The position numbers were made by a program, and so were the translations under genes. DNA of 64,000 nt from Octopus sinensis (Eukaryota). Every line of letters begins with the position of its first letter. Positions within the stretch are counted from its first letter, which is position 1. Under the pieces are notes generated by a model that was given only the letters and a program-made list of their open reading frames with translations, did not search any database and was not told where the DNA came from. The stretch is from assembly GCF_006345805.1 (NCBI RefSeq), contig NC_043014.1:24738001-24802000 (forward strand). Reading direction: 5' to 3'. Below, one piece after another: positions 36,963 to 50,170 of this stretch.

Positions 36963-39104
36963 CTAGCAGTGGTACCCGGCATTGCATGGGTCTTAATAAA
37001 TTTCCATTCAGCTGTGGAAAGACGAGGGTTTACACTTGAGAAAATTTTTTGATCCCTATCTCAGGTACTATGTTCGCACAATGCTCTTCTGATTTCAACG
37101 ACTTACTCCTCAGCCCAGCACAGATTAGAACCATACACTTGCAAATGGAGCCATAGAATGAAGCACACAGATAAACATATAGGAAGAGAATTAGTTGAAC
37201 AATTTCAGCGTTTCCTAAGAGGGAACTGTTTGAGAGATAGATTGCTCCCAGTTGGAGGAGGTTAATGGTCAACAGTTGGAATGTTGACCTCAAGAGGTTC
37301 ATGCAACATATAGCCGCCATGCATTTTGTAAATTGGTATCCTTTCCGTTGAATTGGTCACTTTAATGTTATGAATAAACATACTTGAGGTAATCAACCAT
37401 ATAGAAGGCAGCAGAAATGTCCTCAAATATGTGATATCTAACCTGCCTTTCCGCTGGTCTGTTTGTAGCAGCTGTTTGACAACTTTGTTTCTTTGCATTA
37501 TTATTGTCAAATACAACGAATCGCCACCTCTTTGCCATTGTAGGAGCACCACATGAATGCCTTCCATAAACCCACAGAGTGTCAAGAGACAGGCGCCCTT
37601 TTCTGATGCTTCTGTCTGATACAGGGAAAAATAGTAAAAGTATTTGAGCATACCCTGTTATATGCATGCATGCATGGCAATAACGTACCCACTTCAGCCT
37701 TGGCAAATACATAGCATTTCGTTCTAGACAATGTTTCTTCTCTTCCACCGGCATGTTAATGTGAACAGTCTGTCTCTACTGCTGACTCTGGAGCATGCAA
37801 CGTACAACTGGCTGTGGGAAAAGCAAGGCTCTTCCAAGAGAAGTCTGGCTATAGAAAGAGTCTGGCCCTGGGACTTGTTGACAGACATGGCGAAGCTGGG
37901 CTGGAGCAGGAATTGCAGTCTTCTGAAGGCAAAAGGTATATCTGCTCCTGAGGGAGTAAGAGGAATCCTGGGAATGAATACATCCTCACCTTTTCCGCAT
38001 CTGGATAGGATGGTTGCCTCAGAACATACCTAATGAATGTATGAAATTTCAATCAAATCAGTCTGGTGGTTCAGCGGTTTGGCCCAGCTTCACTCGAAAG
38101 CACTTGTACATGGAAACCATGAACAACGCAAAAATGTAACTTTTTGAAAGGCAGCTTGGGTATTGATTTGATTCAAGAGGTTATTAAGGTTATTGCTTTA
38201 ACAATGTTATGCCCCAAATCGTCTTTTCTCAAGTGTAAGGTCCCAGGTTTCCGCAGTTTCGTGGTAATTTATTAAGACCTGTGCAGCACCAGTTACTACT
38301 GCTTGCGAAATGCATGAAGGAAGTATTAAGTACTTAACAGTAGCTTGTGCAGTGCAGAGGCTGTTATTGCTTTAACTACCTTATGCTACACATAGAAATC
38401 GCTTTCATTTATTGCAATGGAAATCCTCAGTGCCGGATGTTTACTGTTCTTGGTAGTGGCTATTTTGAGGTCACGTGGAGTCACTGTATGTGTGCACACC
38501 ATGGTGGAGATGAATTTTTATGCGTCATAGAAGGAATGGGGTCAATGTTCTAAGAAAAACAAATCAGGAGATACCTTAACAAAGGCATATTGTTCAAATG
38601 TGAGTTTGTTGAATTGTGCTCAAGCAAAGCGCAATTTAATGAAATGAACCATTACATAAGACTCGTTGGGTGAAAATGCATTTGTTTACTGAGTTTGGTT
38701 TAAATCGACTCAATGGTTCCAGCGCTATGGCCTGCCTTAAAGGCATTTTTGGAGTTGGTTTTTCCCATACTGTACTCAAACGAAACAGGATTTGAAAAAA
38801 ATAATAACAAAACAAAAAACCTTGGGTAAGAATGCATAGGTATGTCAAGTTTGATCAAAATTGGATGACTTTTTGAAGAAAAAATTGATAATTATCGATC
38901 AAGTTTTTGCAAAAACCAAACATTGATGGAAGCAGTTGTTATGACTAAAACATACCTCAGAACATACCAAATGCATGTCTGAAATTTCAATCGAATTGGT
39001 TGGGTGGAACTCAAGTTATAAACCTTTGAACTTGCATACACACACACACACCACACACCACACACACACACACACAGAGGCAGTTTCTATTTTATATATA
39101 TAGA
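36963..39104 (-). mobile_element. 2.1-kb non-autonomous Helitron carrying a helicase C-terminal fragment
   Basis: 5' A^TCTATATATATAAAA at 39104; 3' CCCATGCAATGCCGGG-TACCACTG-CTAG at 36963; 37760-38005 translates GEDVFIPRIP...FAMSVNKSQGQTL...SHSQLYVACSRV. Confidence 0.8.
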
Positions 39105-39227
39105 TATAAAATTTACAAAAATGGGACAAAAATGCAAAACATCCAGACAGTTAGGTGATACAAAAAAGGGACAACATCCAGACAGATGATACAAAGAAAA
39201 CAAGGACAGGTCATTTGGAGTTTTCTA

Positions 39228-39283
39228 TCCTCAGTTGAGTTCAGATTATCTTAGCAATTTCGGATGGTTATACTTGAGATTGC
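39228..39283 (-). ncRNA. Non-circularly permuted hammerhead-like motif (family 2)
   Basis: GCAA-TC^-TCAAG-11nt-GAAA-TTGC-14nt-CTCAA-CTGAGGA: stem III 5 bp perfect, stem I restorable to TCGAG/CTCGA by reversing two CpG transitions, stem II not evident. Confidence 0.5.
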
Positions 39284-39715
39284 CCAAATGTTACACAAAT
39301 ACAAATGCAATTAACAGGACATAACAACAGGTGTCTTTTGACAAAGGATGAATTAAATTAAGCTGGCATGTGTGGAAGTGAAGCTTTGAGGCAGGAACAT
39401 AAGGTTTGACAGGCACAGGGAAGAATATAGATGTTGCACAGATGGTAGTCGAACTAAGAAGGGTCAGGCTTGGCTGAACACTGGTCATGTGGGGAGAGAA
39501 GAGATAGAGGTAGAAGCAGAGTGACAGAAGAATTAAGGAGAGGTGAGAAAAAAGGAAAGAGACAGAGTGAAGTGAGAGAAGAGAAAAAGTGAGCATGAAG
39601 AGAAGGCCAGGAAATGTGAGAGAGGGAGAACGAAAGAACAAAGAGTGGAATAAACAATGTAAGTGTGAAAGGGCTGACAAAAAGAAGGAAAGAATAGAAA
39701 GAATTATAGAGTATA

Positions 39716-39746
39716 TATTATGTATGTATATATATATATATATATG

Positions 39747-39783
<37 letters not shown>

Positions 39784-40438
39784 GTATGTGTATATATGTA
39801 TATATATGTATGTGTATATATATGTATATATATGTATGTGTATATATATGTATATATATGTATGTGTATATATATGTATATATATGTATGTGTATATATA
39901 TGTATATATATGTATGTGTATATATATGTATATATATGTATGTGTATATATATGTATATATATGTATGTGTATATATATGTATATATATGTATGTGTATA
40001 TATATGTATATATATGTATGTGTATATATATGTATATATATGTATGTGTATATATATGTATGTGTATATATATGTATATATATGTATGTGTATATATATG
40101 TATATATATATGTATGTGTATATATATGTATATATATATGTATGTGTATATATATGTATATATATGTATGTGTATATATATGTATGTGTATATATGTATG
40201 TGTATATATGTGTATATATATGTATGTGTATATATATGTATGTGTATATATATGTATATATATGTATGTGTATATATATGTATATATATGTATGTGTATA
40301 TATATGTATATATATGTATGTGTATATATATGTATATATATGTATGTGTATATATATGTATATATATGTATGTGTATATATATGTATGTGTATATATATG
40401 TATATATATGTGTGTATATATATGTATGTATATATATG

Positions 40439-40516
<78 letters not shown>

Positions 40517-40575
40517 TATGTATGTATATATGTATGTATGTATGTATATATGTATGTATATATATGTATATATAT
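39716..40575. repeat. Compound TA/TG minisatellite (~26-bp unit TATATATATGTATATATATGTATGTG)
   Basis: Direct periodic repeat. Confidence 0.9.
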
Positions 40576-40819
40576 CATCATCATCATCATCATCATTTAG
40601 CGTCCGCTTTCCATGCTAGCATGGGTTGGACGGGTCAACTGGGGTCTGTGAAGCTGGAAGGCTTCGTCAGGCCCAGTCAGATCTGGCAGTGTTTCTACGA
40701 CTGGATGCCCTTCCTAACGCCAACCACTCCGCGAGTGTAGTGGGTGCTTTTTACGTGCCACCTGCACAGGTGCCAGACAGAGCTGGCGAACGGCCACGAA
40801 CGTATGGTGCTTTTACGTG

Positions 40820-40820
<1 letters not shown>
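40576..40820 (-). mobile_element. RTE 3'-tail fragment
   Basis: (CAT)n-TTAGCGTCCGCTTTCC tail. Confidence 0.85.
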
Positions 40821-40854
<34 letters not shown>

Positions 40855-41073
40855 TGTGTATATGTATGTATATATATGTGTATCTGTATATATATATGTG
40901 TATGTATATGTATATATATATACATATGTATATATATATATTTATATATATATATACATATGTATATATATATATATGTATACATATATGAATATATATG
41001 TATATATAAATGAATATATGTGTATGTATATATATGCATGTGTGTGTATATATGTATATATACGTATTTTTTA

Positions 41074-43900
41074 AAACTAGTTTCAGCTCACAAGCTGTGG
41101 CCATGCTGGAGCCATGGTTTCCTGATCTCTTGTTCTAAAAGTTCTAAGAATCCATCCATTCAGCTGCCTGCATTTCATTGTTAATTGAGCAACATGTACA
41201 TGGAAGGACGCATCATTACTCATGTAATTGACTGTGTCTCTCTGATTGCTAGCCCTGCAGGTCCAGTGTATTTAATGGGTATTTCATTTAGTTTTGCATG
41301 CTGATAGCCCAAGGCTTGAAACTTTTCAGCATTAAACTGCATGCTATTCTTTTCAGCCCACTTGTATATTTCATCCAGCTCACATTGCAGGTGCATAGTG
41401 TCTTCAGGGTTCTGTATTACCTGTGAGACCTTTGTATCATATACATAACTTGTGATTGTGGATCTCTGCATGTCTGAGAGGGCCATTATGAACAGTAGTG
41501 GTCTCAAAACTATGTCTTTCGGATCACTGCTCACTATTTGCATGTCATTGGAGGTGACCCGACTGGTTTCTACCACCTGACTGCCATCCTTCAGAAAATC
41601 ATGAAGCCAGTCTCCCAATTTTCCAACTATTCCAAGATCACACAGCTTGTGACACATCATTCCATGATTGACATTATCAAAGGCCTTTGCAAAGTCGAGA
41701 TATATCACGTACACACTTGAGTGGTTGAGCAGCTGTTTCAGCACCCAGTCATTGTGTTGTAAGAGCTGAGTCAGGCAGCTTCTTCCTGGATGGAAATCAT
41801 GTTGGGTGTCAGTCATTTTCTTCAAGGCAGGCGATTAGTTTTCTTCTGACTATTCGTTCCATGACCTTGCTGATGTGCAAGGTCAGAGAGATAGGCCTTT
41901 AGTTCTTAGCTTCTGCTCTGCTATCTCTTTTATAAATAGGGCATATTTTTTACCTCCTTCACTTTTCTTAGAAGTTTGCCAGTTGCAAGGAAGCTCTGAA
42001 AGAGGGACTGCAGTGGTCTTGCTAGGACTCATTTACATGCTTTTAGAAGGATTGCTGGGAATCCATCATAGCCAGTAGCTGTGTTTGGCTTCATTTCATC
42101 TATAGCCCTTATTACATCATCTTTCTTTATATTGATGTAATCAATCATCACTGCCTTTGTTTTTATATCTGCAGTGGTAAAAAAGTCAGTTGGATTGCTG
42201 ACTTGAAAGTGCCCTAGGGGTGGAGTGAAAATACTTTTGAATTGCTCATTTAGTATTTCACTTATTGGGTTTCCTGTGAGTGTACCATCTTCTTTGAGGA
42301 GTGGCCCTATCCTGCAATGCACTGAAGCTGTTTCTTTGGTAGACTTGTAGAAAGCTCTGGGGTTAGATTTTATTTTGTCTGCTTTTTCTTTTTCATGGGA
42401 GAGTTGCAGATTTTTTTTCAGTCTCCAGCAGTTGTATTTTCAGGCAGGACTTTTCACTGCTTTCAATTTGTTTAGGCAATTTGAAACTTTTGTATGCCAT
42501 CTCATCAGAATTTTCCTCTCTCTGGGGATTTTGTTCTTGTGTACAGTGGTCTTTCTCTCTGGGACATATTTGTAACATATGGCTTGCATTACAGACATGA
42601 ATTGTTGAAGTTTCATGTCAATGTCCGGTAAGGAGAGACATTTAGGCCAGTTTTGTTTGAGGAGCTCTTTTTCAATTTGTTTCCGGTTTGCCTTATGGAA
42701 GTTCAAGCTGGGAAGATTCTGAGAGTTTTTTGTAGGGTACATGTCCATGGTTTCCTTTCGTTCGTACGTGGTCAGCTCTACCATGTTGTGATCCGAGAGT
42801 AGTGTCGGTGTCACTTTCACATTATGGATGAGATCCATATTAGTTGTGAAGCAGAAGCCCAGTATGTTACCTGTCCTTGTTCACAATCATGCCATTCCTG
42901 TTAGAGAAAGGCCCTCAGGTCATAAAAAGTACACTTATGTGTTGTTCTATTTTTGTAAAGCAGTGTTCAAACTTGCTTACATGATTCGGAGCATCCGGAG
43001 GGTGATATGTAGCACATATAACTACATCGAGTTGTCTTATATGTACAGTTGGTGTGTCACATACTGAATTTGAGTGTGACAAAAGGACCTGGGGTATGAG
43101 GTCTTCATGGATGTACATAGCAACTCCATCATGACTCCTTTCTTTCCTGTCGGTCCATAATACCACATACTGTGGTATGTGTATTTCTGCATTTGCTATA
43201 TCTGGTCTCAGGTGTGTTTCTGTAAGTGCTATGCATAAGGCTTGATTGCATGCAACAAGGTCTCTCAAGAAAGGAATTTTTGTCCTGTCACTAAGTGTTA
43301 GCAGTCCTCTAATGTTCAGTAAGAGCACCGATGTGATGTGTGTGTTGTTGCCAGTGGTGCCCACCTTGGGTCTATTTGCTGTGGTAGTCCATCCGTGAGA
43401 TTGATGTAGCCAGGTCAACTGCTGTAAATCTTTTGTGCCATGCACAAAAAAAGATTGTTGTTCAGCAGCTGCTCTTTCAACAATATGTTGATAAGTGTGG
43501 TTTGTAGCACACACTACATCTGCGTACCTCCGTTTTGGGGCAGGTGATGCATAGTCCTTTCCTTTTGACAGTTGGTTTCCACCCTGTTTCATGTTTATGT
43601 GGCGGGGTCTTTGGTGTGCACCACCCTCTTCATGCCAGCAGACACCTTTTAAGTAGAATTTGCACATTCATGTGTGCTGTCTCTTTTTATCCTTTTTGTT
43701 ATATGGGTAGTCAGGTTTGCTTCTTTCTTTGGCTGTTTCATCTTCTGTTTTTGTTTTAGTTTTTGCTCCTTTTAGTTGTTCTTTCTTGGCTCTTTCACCG
43801 CCATGGTTTTTCTCCTTGATGGTGGTAGGGGCACTTGCACTTGGGTTTACTTTCCAGACAGGTTTCTTGCTTGAATCTTCTTCATTTTCTTAAGTGTCTA
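41074..43900 (-). pseudogene. CR1-like LINE (degenerate CCCH finger, APE endonuclease, RT)
   Basis: LLLNIRGL, IALTETHL, LSDHNMV, GRSCLTQLL, YLDFAKAFD; frameshifted. Confidence 0.9.
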
Positions 43901-44416
43901 CAAAGTGGGGGTGACATCTTTCATCTACATCCGTGCCTCCATCCTTGTCATCTTTTCTGTGTTCATTATCAAAGATGGCATCAAGAGTGCTGATGTGGGA
44001 TCGTATGAGAGCGTAGGAGTGTGTAAACTCTTGCTTCTTTTGTAACCATTGCTCTTCAGCGCAGCTGTGATTATATTGTTAAGGTTATCTCCTTTGGCAC
44101 AGTACCATGCTCTCAAAAACAATGTCAATTCCATGCTCCTCTAGTCTCAGGACATTTTTATGGATATTTTATTTTTTTTAATTTAACGGTGTGATCGAGG
44201 GTAGTGAAGAAATAAAGAAAGAAAAGTGTGTCTTAGAGACACTCTAAATATTTAGATTGGGAGGCTGATAGAAGAGGAAATGAGAGAAAAAGAGTGTTTG
44301 TGTCTATTTAGGAAGATTGAGAGGTTGAGAGAAGAAAGACAGTGTGACAGAGAGAAAGAGAGAGAGAGTGTATGTATTTATAATAGAGGTTGAGGGTCTG
44401 AGAGAAGTGAGAAAGA

Positions 44417-44457
<41 letters not shown>

Positions 44458-44603
44458 GATGAAATAAATTTAAATTTATATAAATAAGGATAAGATCGTT
44501 AATTTAAATTAAATATCAGTCTTATCAAGTGGCCAGCATGGAAATAAAAAAACTTCAAAGGTAATAATTATTATTAAAATTCTAACTTATGGTATCTATG
44601 AGA

Positions 44604-44838
44604 TACCTATTTCTTTATTACCCACAAGGGGCTAAACACAGAGAGGAAAAACAAGGACAAACATAGGTATTAAGTTGATTACATCGACCCCAGTGCGTAA
44701 CTGGTACTTAATTTATCGACCCCGAAAGGATGAAAGGCAAAGTTGATCTCGGCGGAATTTGAACTCACAACGTAACACAGACGAAATACCACTAAGCATT
44801 TCGCCCGGCGTGCTAACGTTTCTGCCAGTTCGCTGCCT
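44604..44838 (-). mobile_element. tRNA-derived SINE (same family as 6405)
   Basis: Reverse complement of 6423-6651. Confidence 0.85.
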
Positions 44839-44962
44839 TATGAGATACCATCGTGCTGAAAATAGCAGCCAGGATCTGACTCTAAAACCATCTTAAGTGT
44901 TCATATAGCATAAGGAGAGAAGACAAAAAGACAAAATAAGACTAGTAAAAAATTACTGGATA

Positions 44963-45021
44963 ATTCCAGATCCCGGATTTCTGGCTTTGCATTTAGAAAT
45001 GCTTTGCCTCATCAGTGGAAT
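44963..45021 (-). ncRNA. Type I hammerhead ribozyme variant
   Basis: ATTCCA-CTGATGA-GGC-AAAGCATTT-CT-AAATGCAAA-GCC-A-GAAA-TCC-G-GGA-TC^-TGGAAT: 6-bp stem I, extra A before GAAA, 1-nt stem III loop. Confidence 0.72.
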
Positions 45022-45192
45022 ATATGCAGAGAAACAAAAATAAATTTATATATATAAATACAACATATGAATACTTACATATACGAACGTATACATACAT
45101 ATATATGCACGTATGCATCATGATACCTTAAGTTATAATTTTAATAATAATTATATATATATATGCACACATATGTATATATATGTATGCAT

Positions 45193-45258
<66 letters not shown>

Positions 45259-45589
45259 TATATTTAGGGAGTTTGAGAGGCTGAGTGAAGGAAAGTGCGA
45301 TGGAGAAAAGTAAACAAAAAGAGAAAGAGAGTGTATGTCTATGTATTTATAGAGAGAAAAGAGTGGGAGAGATCGAGGGTCTGAGAGAAGAATTATGGGA
45401 TGGAGTGAAGTAAAGAGATACAGAAAGAGAGAGAAAAAGAAGAGGGAGGGAGAATGTCTACATATTTAGAGAGAAGCAGTAGAGAAAGGAGAAATGATGG
45501 TATGATGGAGAAGAGAGAGAGTGAAGTTATGCAATCTCTTGAAAAGGATTCGACTTGGATAGGGAAAAATAAATAAAGGAACAAATAAA

Positions 45590-46200
45590 TATATACCTAT
45601 CTGTAACAACGGAAATTCTCTTAAATCAGGAATAATGAAAGTTAAACCTCTCTACAATAATCAATAATCTTGTAAGTCAAAAGCAAAACAAAGAAAAGAC
45701 CTTATGTAAATTTAACCTTCTAGTTTCCCCTAATAATAGTCTTCAATAAATGACAGAAAACACACAGAGATACTTATCTAGTTTTTCTGAAGAGACAAGT
45801 ATTTCCAAGGTAGTGGAAGATTTTGAATTTCTTTTAAAGTTATGGTGATACCATGTGCTGCTCAATACGATAAATTGTTTACGTTTCATATATTCATAAG
45901 GGCTTTTACTTTTTCCGTTTTTCCCTTCTATATATTCCAGATGATTTTTCTTTAAATGTGTCTTCTGTTTCACTCAAAAGTTATTCAGATAGTGATTTAT
46001 TTTTCCTGATTGGAGATCTCAGTTATTTTAGAAATTTTGTAAAATCCACATGTTTTTATTTGCAATGTTTATACTTTGTACATTCACAAGAGATTCTTCC
46101 TGCTTAATATATTTCACTTTATAATTCCTCAAGTGTATTCTTCATCATTCAGGAAGACATTCAAGGCCTTTTTGGGTTTTAAAAAAAAATAGAATTTGTA
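45590..46200 (-). pseudogene. Possible PLE ORF N-terminal remnant
   Basis: Fragments KKGLECLP and DYCREV resemble PLE KGL.F.P and DY..E motifs; same strand as the HHR at 44963. Weak. Confidence 0.3.
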
Positions 46201-46274
46201 GCTTTTCAGAAATGTCTTGGTCATTTTCTAGGAGCTTAGAAAACTACATGTTGATAAGAGGCCTCCATATACAT

Positions 46275-46312
<38 letters not shown>

Positions 46313-46390
46313 GGATGTTTTGCATTCTCTTTTCTATTCCCATTTTGTAGTCCCAGTTTTGTATTCCTTTTTATATATATATATATATAT

Positions 46391-49300
46391 CATCATCATT
46401 ATCATTTAACGTCCGCTTTCCATGCTAGCATGGGTTGGATAATTTGACTGAGGACTGGCAAACCAGATGGCTGCACCAGGCTCCAATCTGATCTGGCAGA
46501 GTTTCTACAGTTGAATGCCCTCCCTCATGCCAACCATGAGGGCCAGTCAGGCAGTACTGGCAATGGCCACACTCAAATGGTGTTTTTTACGTGCTACCTG
46601 CACAGGATCCAGTCAAACGGTACTGGCAACAAACCTTGCTCGAATGTTTTTTATGTGCCAGTAAGGCGATGCTGGTAATGATCGCGCTCAAATGGTGCTT
46701 TTTATGTGCCATCGGCACAGAAGTCAGTAAGTTGCTCTGGCAACGATCACGTTCAGATGGTGCTCTTAGCACTCCTCTAGCATGGATGCCAGTTAACGAA
46801 TTTGACTTCGATTTTGATTTCACTTGCCTCAACAGGTCTTTGCAATCAGAGTTTAGTGTCCAATGAAGGAAAGGTATGCATACACAGGATGGTTATATCC
46901 CTGGCATAAGCTACGAGCTATGGTCTCACTTGGCTTGCCGGGTCTTCTCAAGCACAGCATATTTCCAAAGGTCTCGGTCACTTGTCATTTCCTCTGTGAG
47001 GCCTAATGTTTGTAGGTCGTGCTTCACCAACTCATCCCAGGTCTTCCTGGGTCTACCTCTTCCACAGGAGCTGTTCTCATCCATTCTCGCCACATGACCA
47101 TACCAGCGCAATCGTCTCTCTTGCACACCACATCTGATGTTTTTTAGGTCCAACTTTTCTCTCAAGGTACTTATACTCTGTCGAGTATGCACGCTGACAT
47201 TACACATGCATCGGAGCATACTGGCTTCATTCCTTGCGAGCTTATGCATGTCCTCAACAGTTACGGCCCATGTTTCACTGCCATGTAGCATGCTGTTTGT
47301 GCACATGCATCATACAGTCTACCTTTTACTCTGAGCGAGAGACCCTTTGTCACCAGCAGAGGTAAGAGCTCTCTGAACTTTGCCTAGGCTATTCTTATTC
47401 TAGCAGCTACACTTTCAGCACACCCTCCCTTGCTACTGATTTGGTCAGGTCACCTAGTTAACGGAAGCTATCAACTACTTCTAGTTTTTCTCCCTAGAAT
47501 GTGGTGGAAGTTGTTCTCTGCACATTTTCAGCGTTTATTGCTCCTGAGCATCTTCCACATACAAGAACTATCTTCCCAGTTAACCTTCCTTTGATATTGC
47601 CGCACCTCTTATGTGTCCATAGCTTACACTGGGTACATATTATAGAGTTTCTACTTACACCTTTTCTACAGATCAAGCAGGGCCATCTACCTGAAGGGAT
47701 TTGTGGTTTGCCTGCCTCCTTACTTATTAGGACTTTGGTTTTAGCTAGGTTGACTCTAAGGCCCTTTGATTCTAATCCTTGTATCCACACCTGAAACTTC
47801 TCCTCTAGTTCTGATAGTGACTCAGCAATTAGAGCAAGGTCGTTAGCATAGAGGAGCTCCCAGGGGCATCCTGTCTTGAATTCCTCTGTTATTGCCTGGA
47901 GGACTATGATAAATAGGAGGGGGCTAAGGTCTGAACCTTGGTGGACCCCTACCTCTACCCAGAATTCTTCACTGTACTTGTTGCCAACCCTCACCTTACT
48001 GACATCGTCCCTGTACATGGCTTGCACCGTTCTCACAAACCATTCATCTATCCCTAATTTCCTCATTGACCACCAGATAAGGCATCAAGTGGACCCTGTC
48101 AAAGGTTTTCTCCATCTCAACAAAAGCCAGGTATAGAGGTTTATCTTTGGCTAGATATTTCTCCTGCAGCTGTCTTACCAGAAATATAGCATCAGTGGTG
48201 CTATTCCCTGGCACGAACCCAAACTGCATCTCATCTAAACTGACTCTCTCCCTAATTCGTTGGGCTATGACCCTCTCCATGACCTTCATTACCTGATCCA
48301 ACAACTTGATACCTCTGTAATTATTTGTATCTAAAGTGTCACCTTTACCTTTGTAGCAGTTGACTATAGTGCTGCTACACCAGTCATTGGGTATGACTCC
48401 TTTATCTATCACCTGGTTAATTATGCAGGTGACTAGGCTATAGCCAACACTGCCAGATATTTTGAGCATCTCTGCAGTGTTTCCTGATGCACTTGGGGAC
48501 ATCCTTGTCTTCATACTCTTAATTGCTTTATCTACCAGGGTACTGTCAACTTGGATAGCTGGTCCCTCTGTTGGGTCGACATTCGGCAGACTCTGTTTCT
48601 CCCTTTCATTTTCTTTATTGAGTAACCTTTCATAGTGGCATCTCTAAACCTCTTTCTTTGCAACCTCATTTAGAGCAAGTGAACCATCATCCATGCAGAC
48701 AGATTTCTCTCCTACAACATCATGATTCTCTCTCACACACTGTCTTACAACAAGAATTACCTCAAGTCTTTGGTCCTCATGGTGCAGAACATTGACAAAT
48801 TTTTTCTCATCTGCTTCCCCTCTAGCTAAATAAACCTGCCTCCTAGCTTCCCTTCTGGCAGTCTGATACAATTCCCTGCTACCACTGTTCTTGCAGTCAT
48901 TCCAAGCCTGTTTCTTCTCTCTTATAGCTCTGTCAACAACATTGTTCTACCACCATGTTATTTTGGGTCGAGAGGGGACTTTGCACCATCCACAGATCTG
49001 GTCTGTGGCCCTCAGCAGGTTGTCCTGTAGAAACCACCAGTTGTCTTCTACATCATGTGAATCTGTATCTCCTATTTCGTCAAAGGCTCTGAATAATATG
49101 TTTCTAAATCTCTGTCCATTTGCAGAATCTTTAAGCTTCCAGACCCTTCTCCTTCATGCTGGTCATCTTCTGGGCATCCACTTAGCCCTGATCCTGAAGT
49201 CAGGGCTATGTTGTGGAGTACATTCTTCGCCTGGGAAGGTTTTGGCATTTATAAGCAGCCGTCTTTCCCTTTTTCTGGCGAGGATGTAGTGAATTTGGCT

Positions 49301-50170
49301 AGTGTGTCTGCCAGAACGGTAAGTGACTTGGTGACTGGCAGGTTTTCTGAAGTTAGTATTGCAAACTGTAAGATCATTTGCATTGCAGATTCCCTCCTCT
49401 TTGCGGGAACCAAAACCATAGCCTCCATGTACACCATTGAAGCCTCCTGTATGTTGTCCAACATGTCCATCGAAGTCACCAGCCACAAAGAGAAGGTCCC
49501 TGTCATTCGTCAAGGAGATAGGCTGCAAGAGGGTGTTATAGAATTGGTCTTTCTGTCCATTGGGTAACCCCGGCTGAGGGGCATAGGCCAAGAAAATGGT
49601 TGCTAACCCATGATGAAGCACTAATCTAATCTGAAGTATTCTGTTGCATACTCTGACTACCTTGATTACCTTATCCACCCATTTCTCCACAAGAAGTATA
49701 TCTGTGCCCCCGACCCAGTCAGTGTTCCCTGCCCAGAAAATCTTGTACCTTTGCCTGTGAGGAACCTAGCGGAACTTGCTCTCCACTTTACTTCTTGGAT
49801 TAAGCACATATTGACACATCTCCGTTTAAGCATCTCAACAATCTCACCAGACCTAACTTTCAGTGTGCCGACATTGTGAGAGCCAACCCTGAGGGTGTGG
49901 GAGGTATGGGCCCATGAGACCCTGGGACAGGGAATAGCAGCATCATGTACCTGAAAAGAAAGCTTGCATTTGGCAGAATTCATAAACAAACAATAACCTT
50001 CAGTTCAACCTGCATACACTACAGTATCATATTTTTGCACTATATGATCACTACCTTACATTGGAGATAAACCCTAAGTAGTGGTGGGGATGGCGTAAAG
50101 CCTTTAGAAGTGTTCATGGGAGGCAACTAAAGGATCAGAAAGGGTAGGAACTTCCGGTACATGTGGAGGG
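46391..50170 (-). mobile_element. Near-full-length degenerate RTE LINE
   Basis: EN (GSHNVGTL, GDFDGHVG) at 49163-49989, RT (NNYRGIKLL, MQFGFVPG, HQGSDLSPLLF) at 47494-48514, (CAT)n tail. Confidence 0.93.

Noticed and set aside
50060-50160. Possible HDV-like ribozyme in the RTE 5' UTR (GGAAGT/ACTTCT pairing on the minus strand)
   Set aside because: RTEs can carry HDV-like ribozymes, but L3 length, P1.1 and P2 could not be assigned in this decayed copy; needs the family consensus
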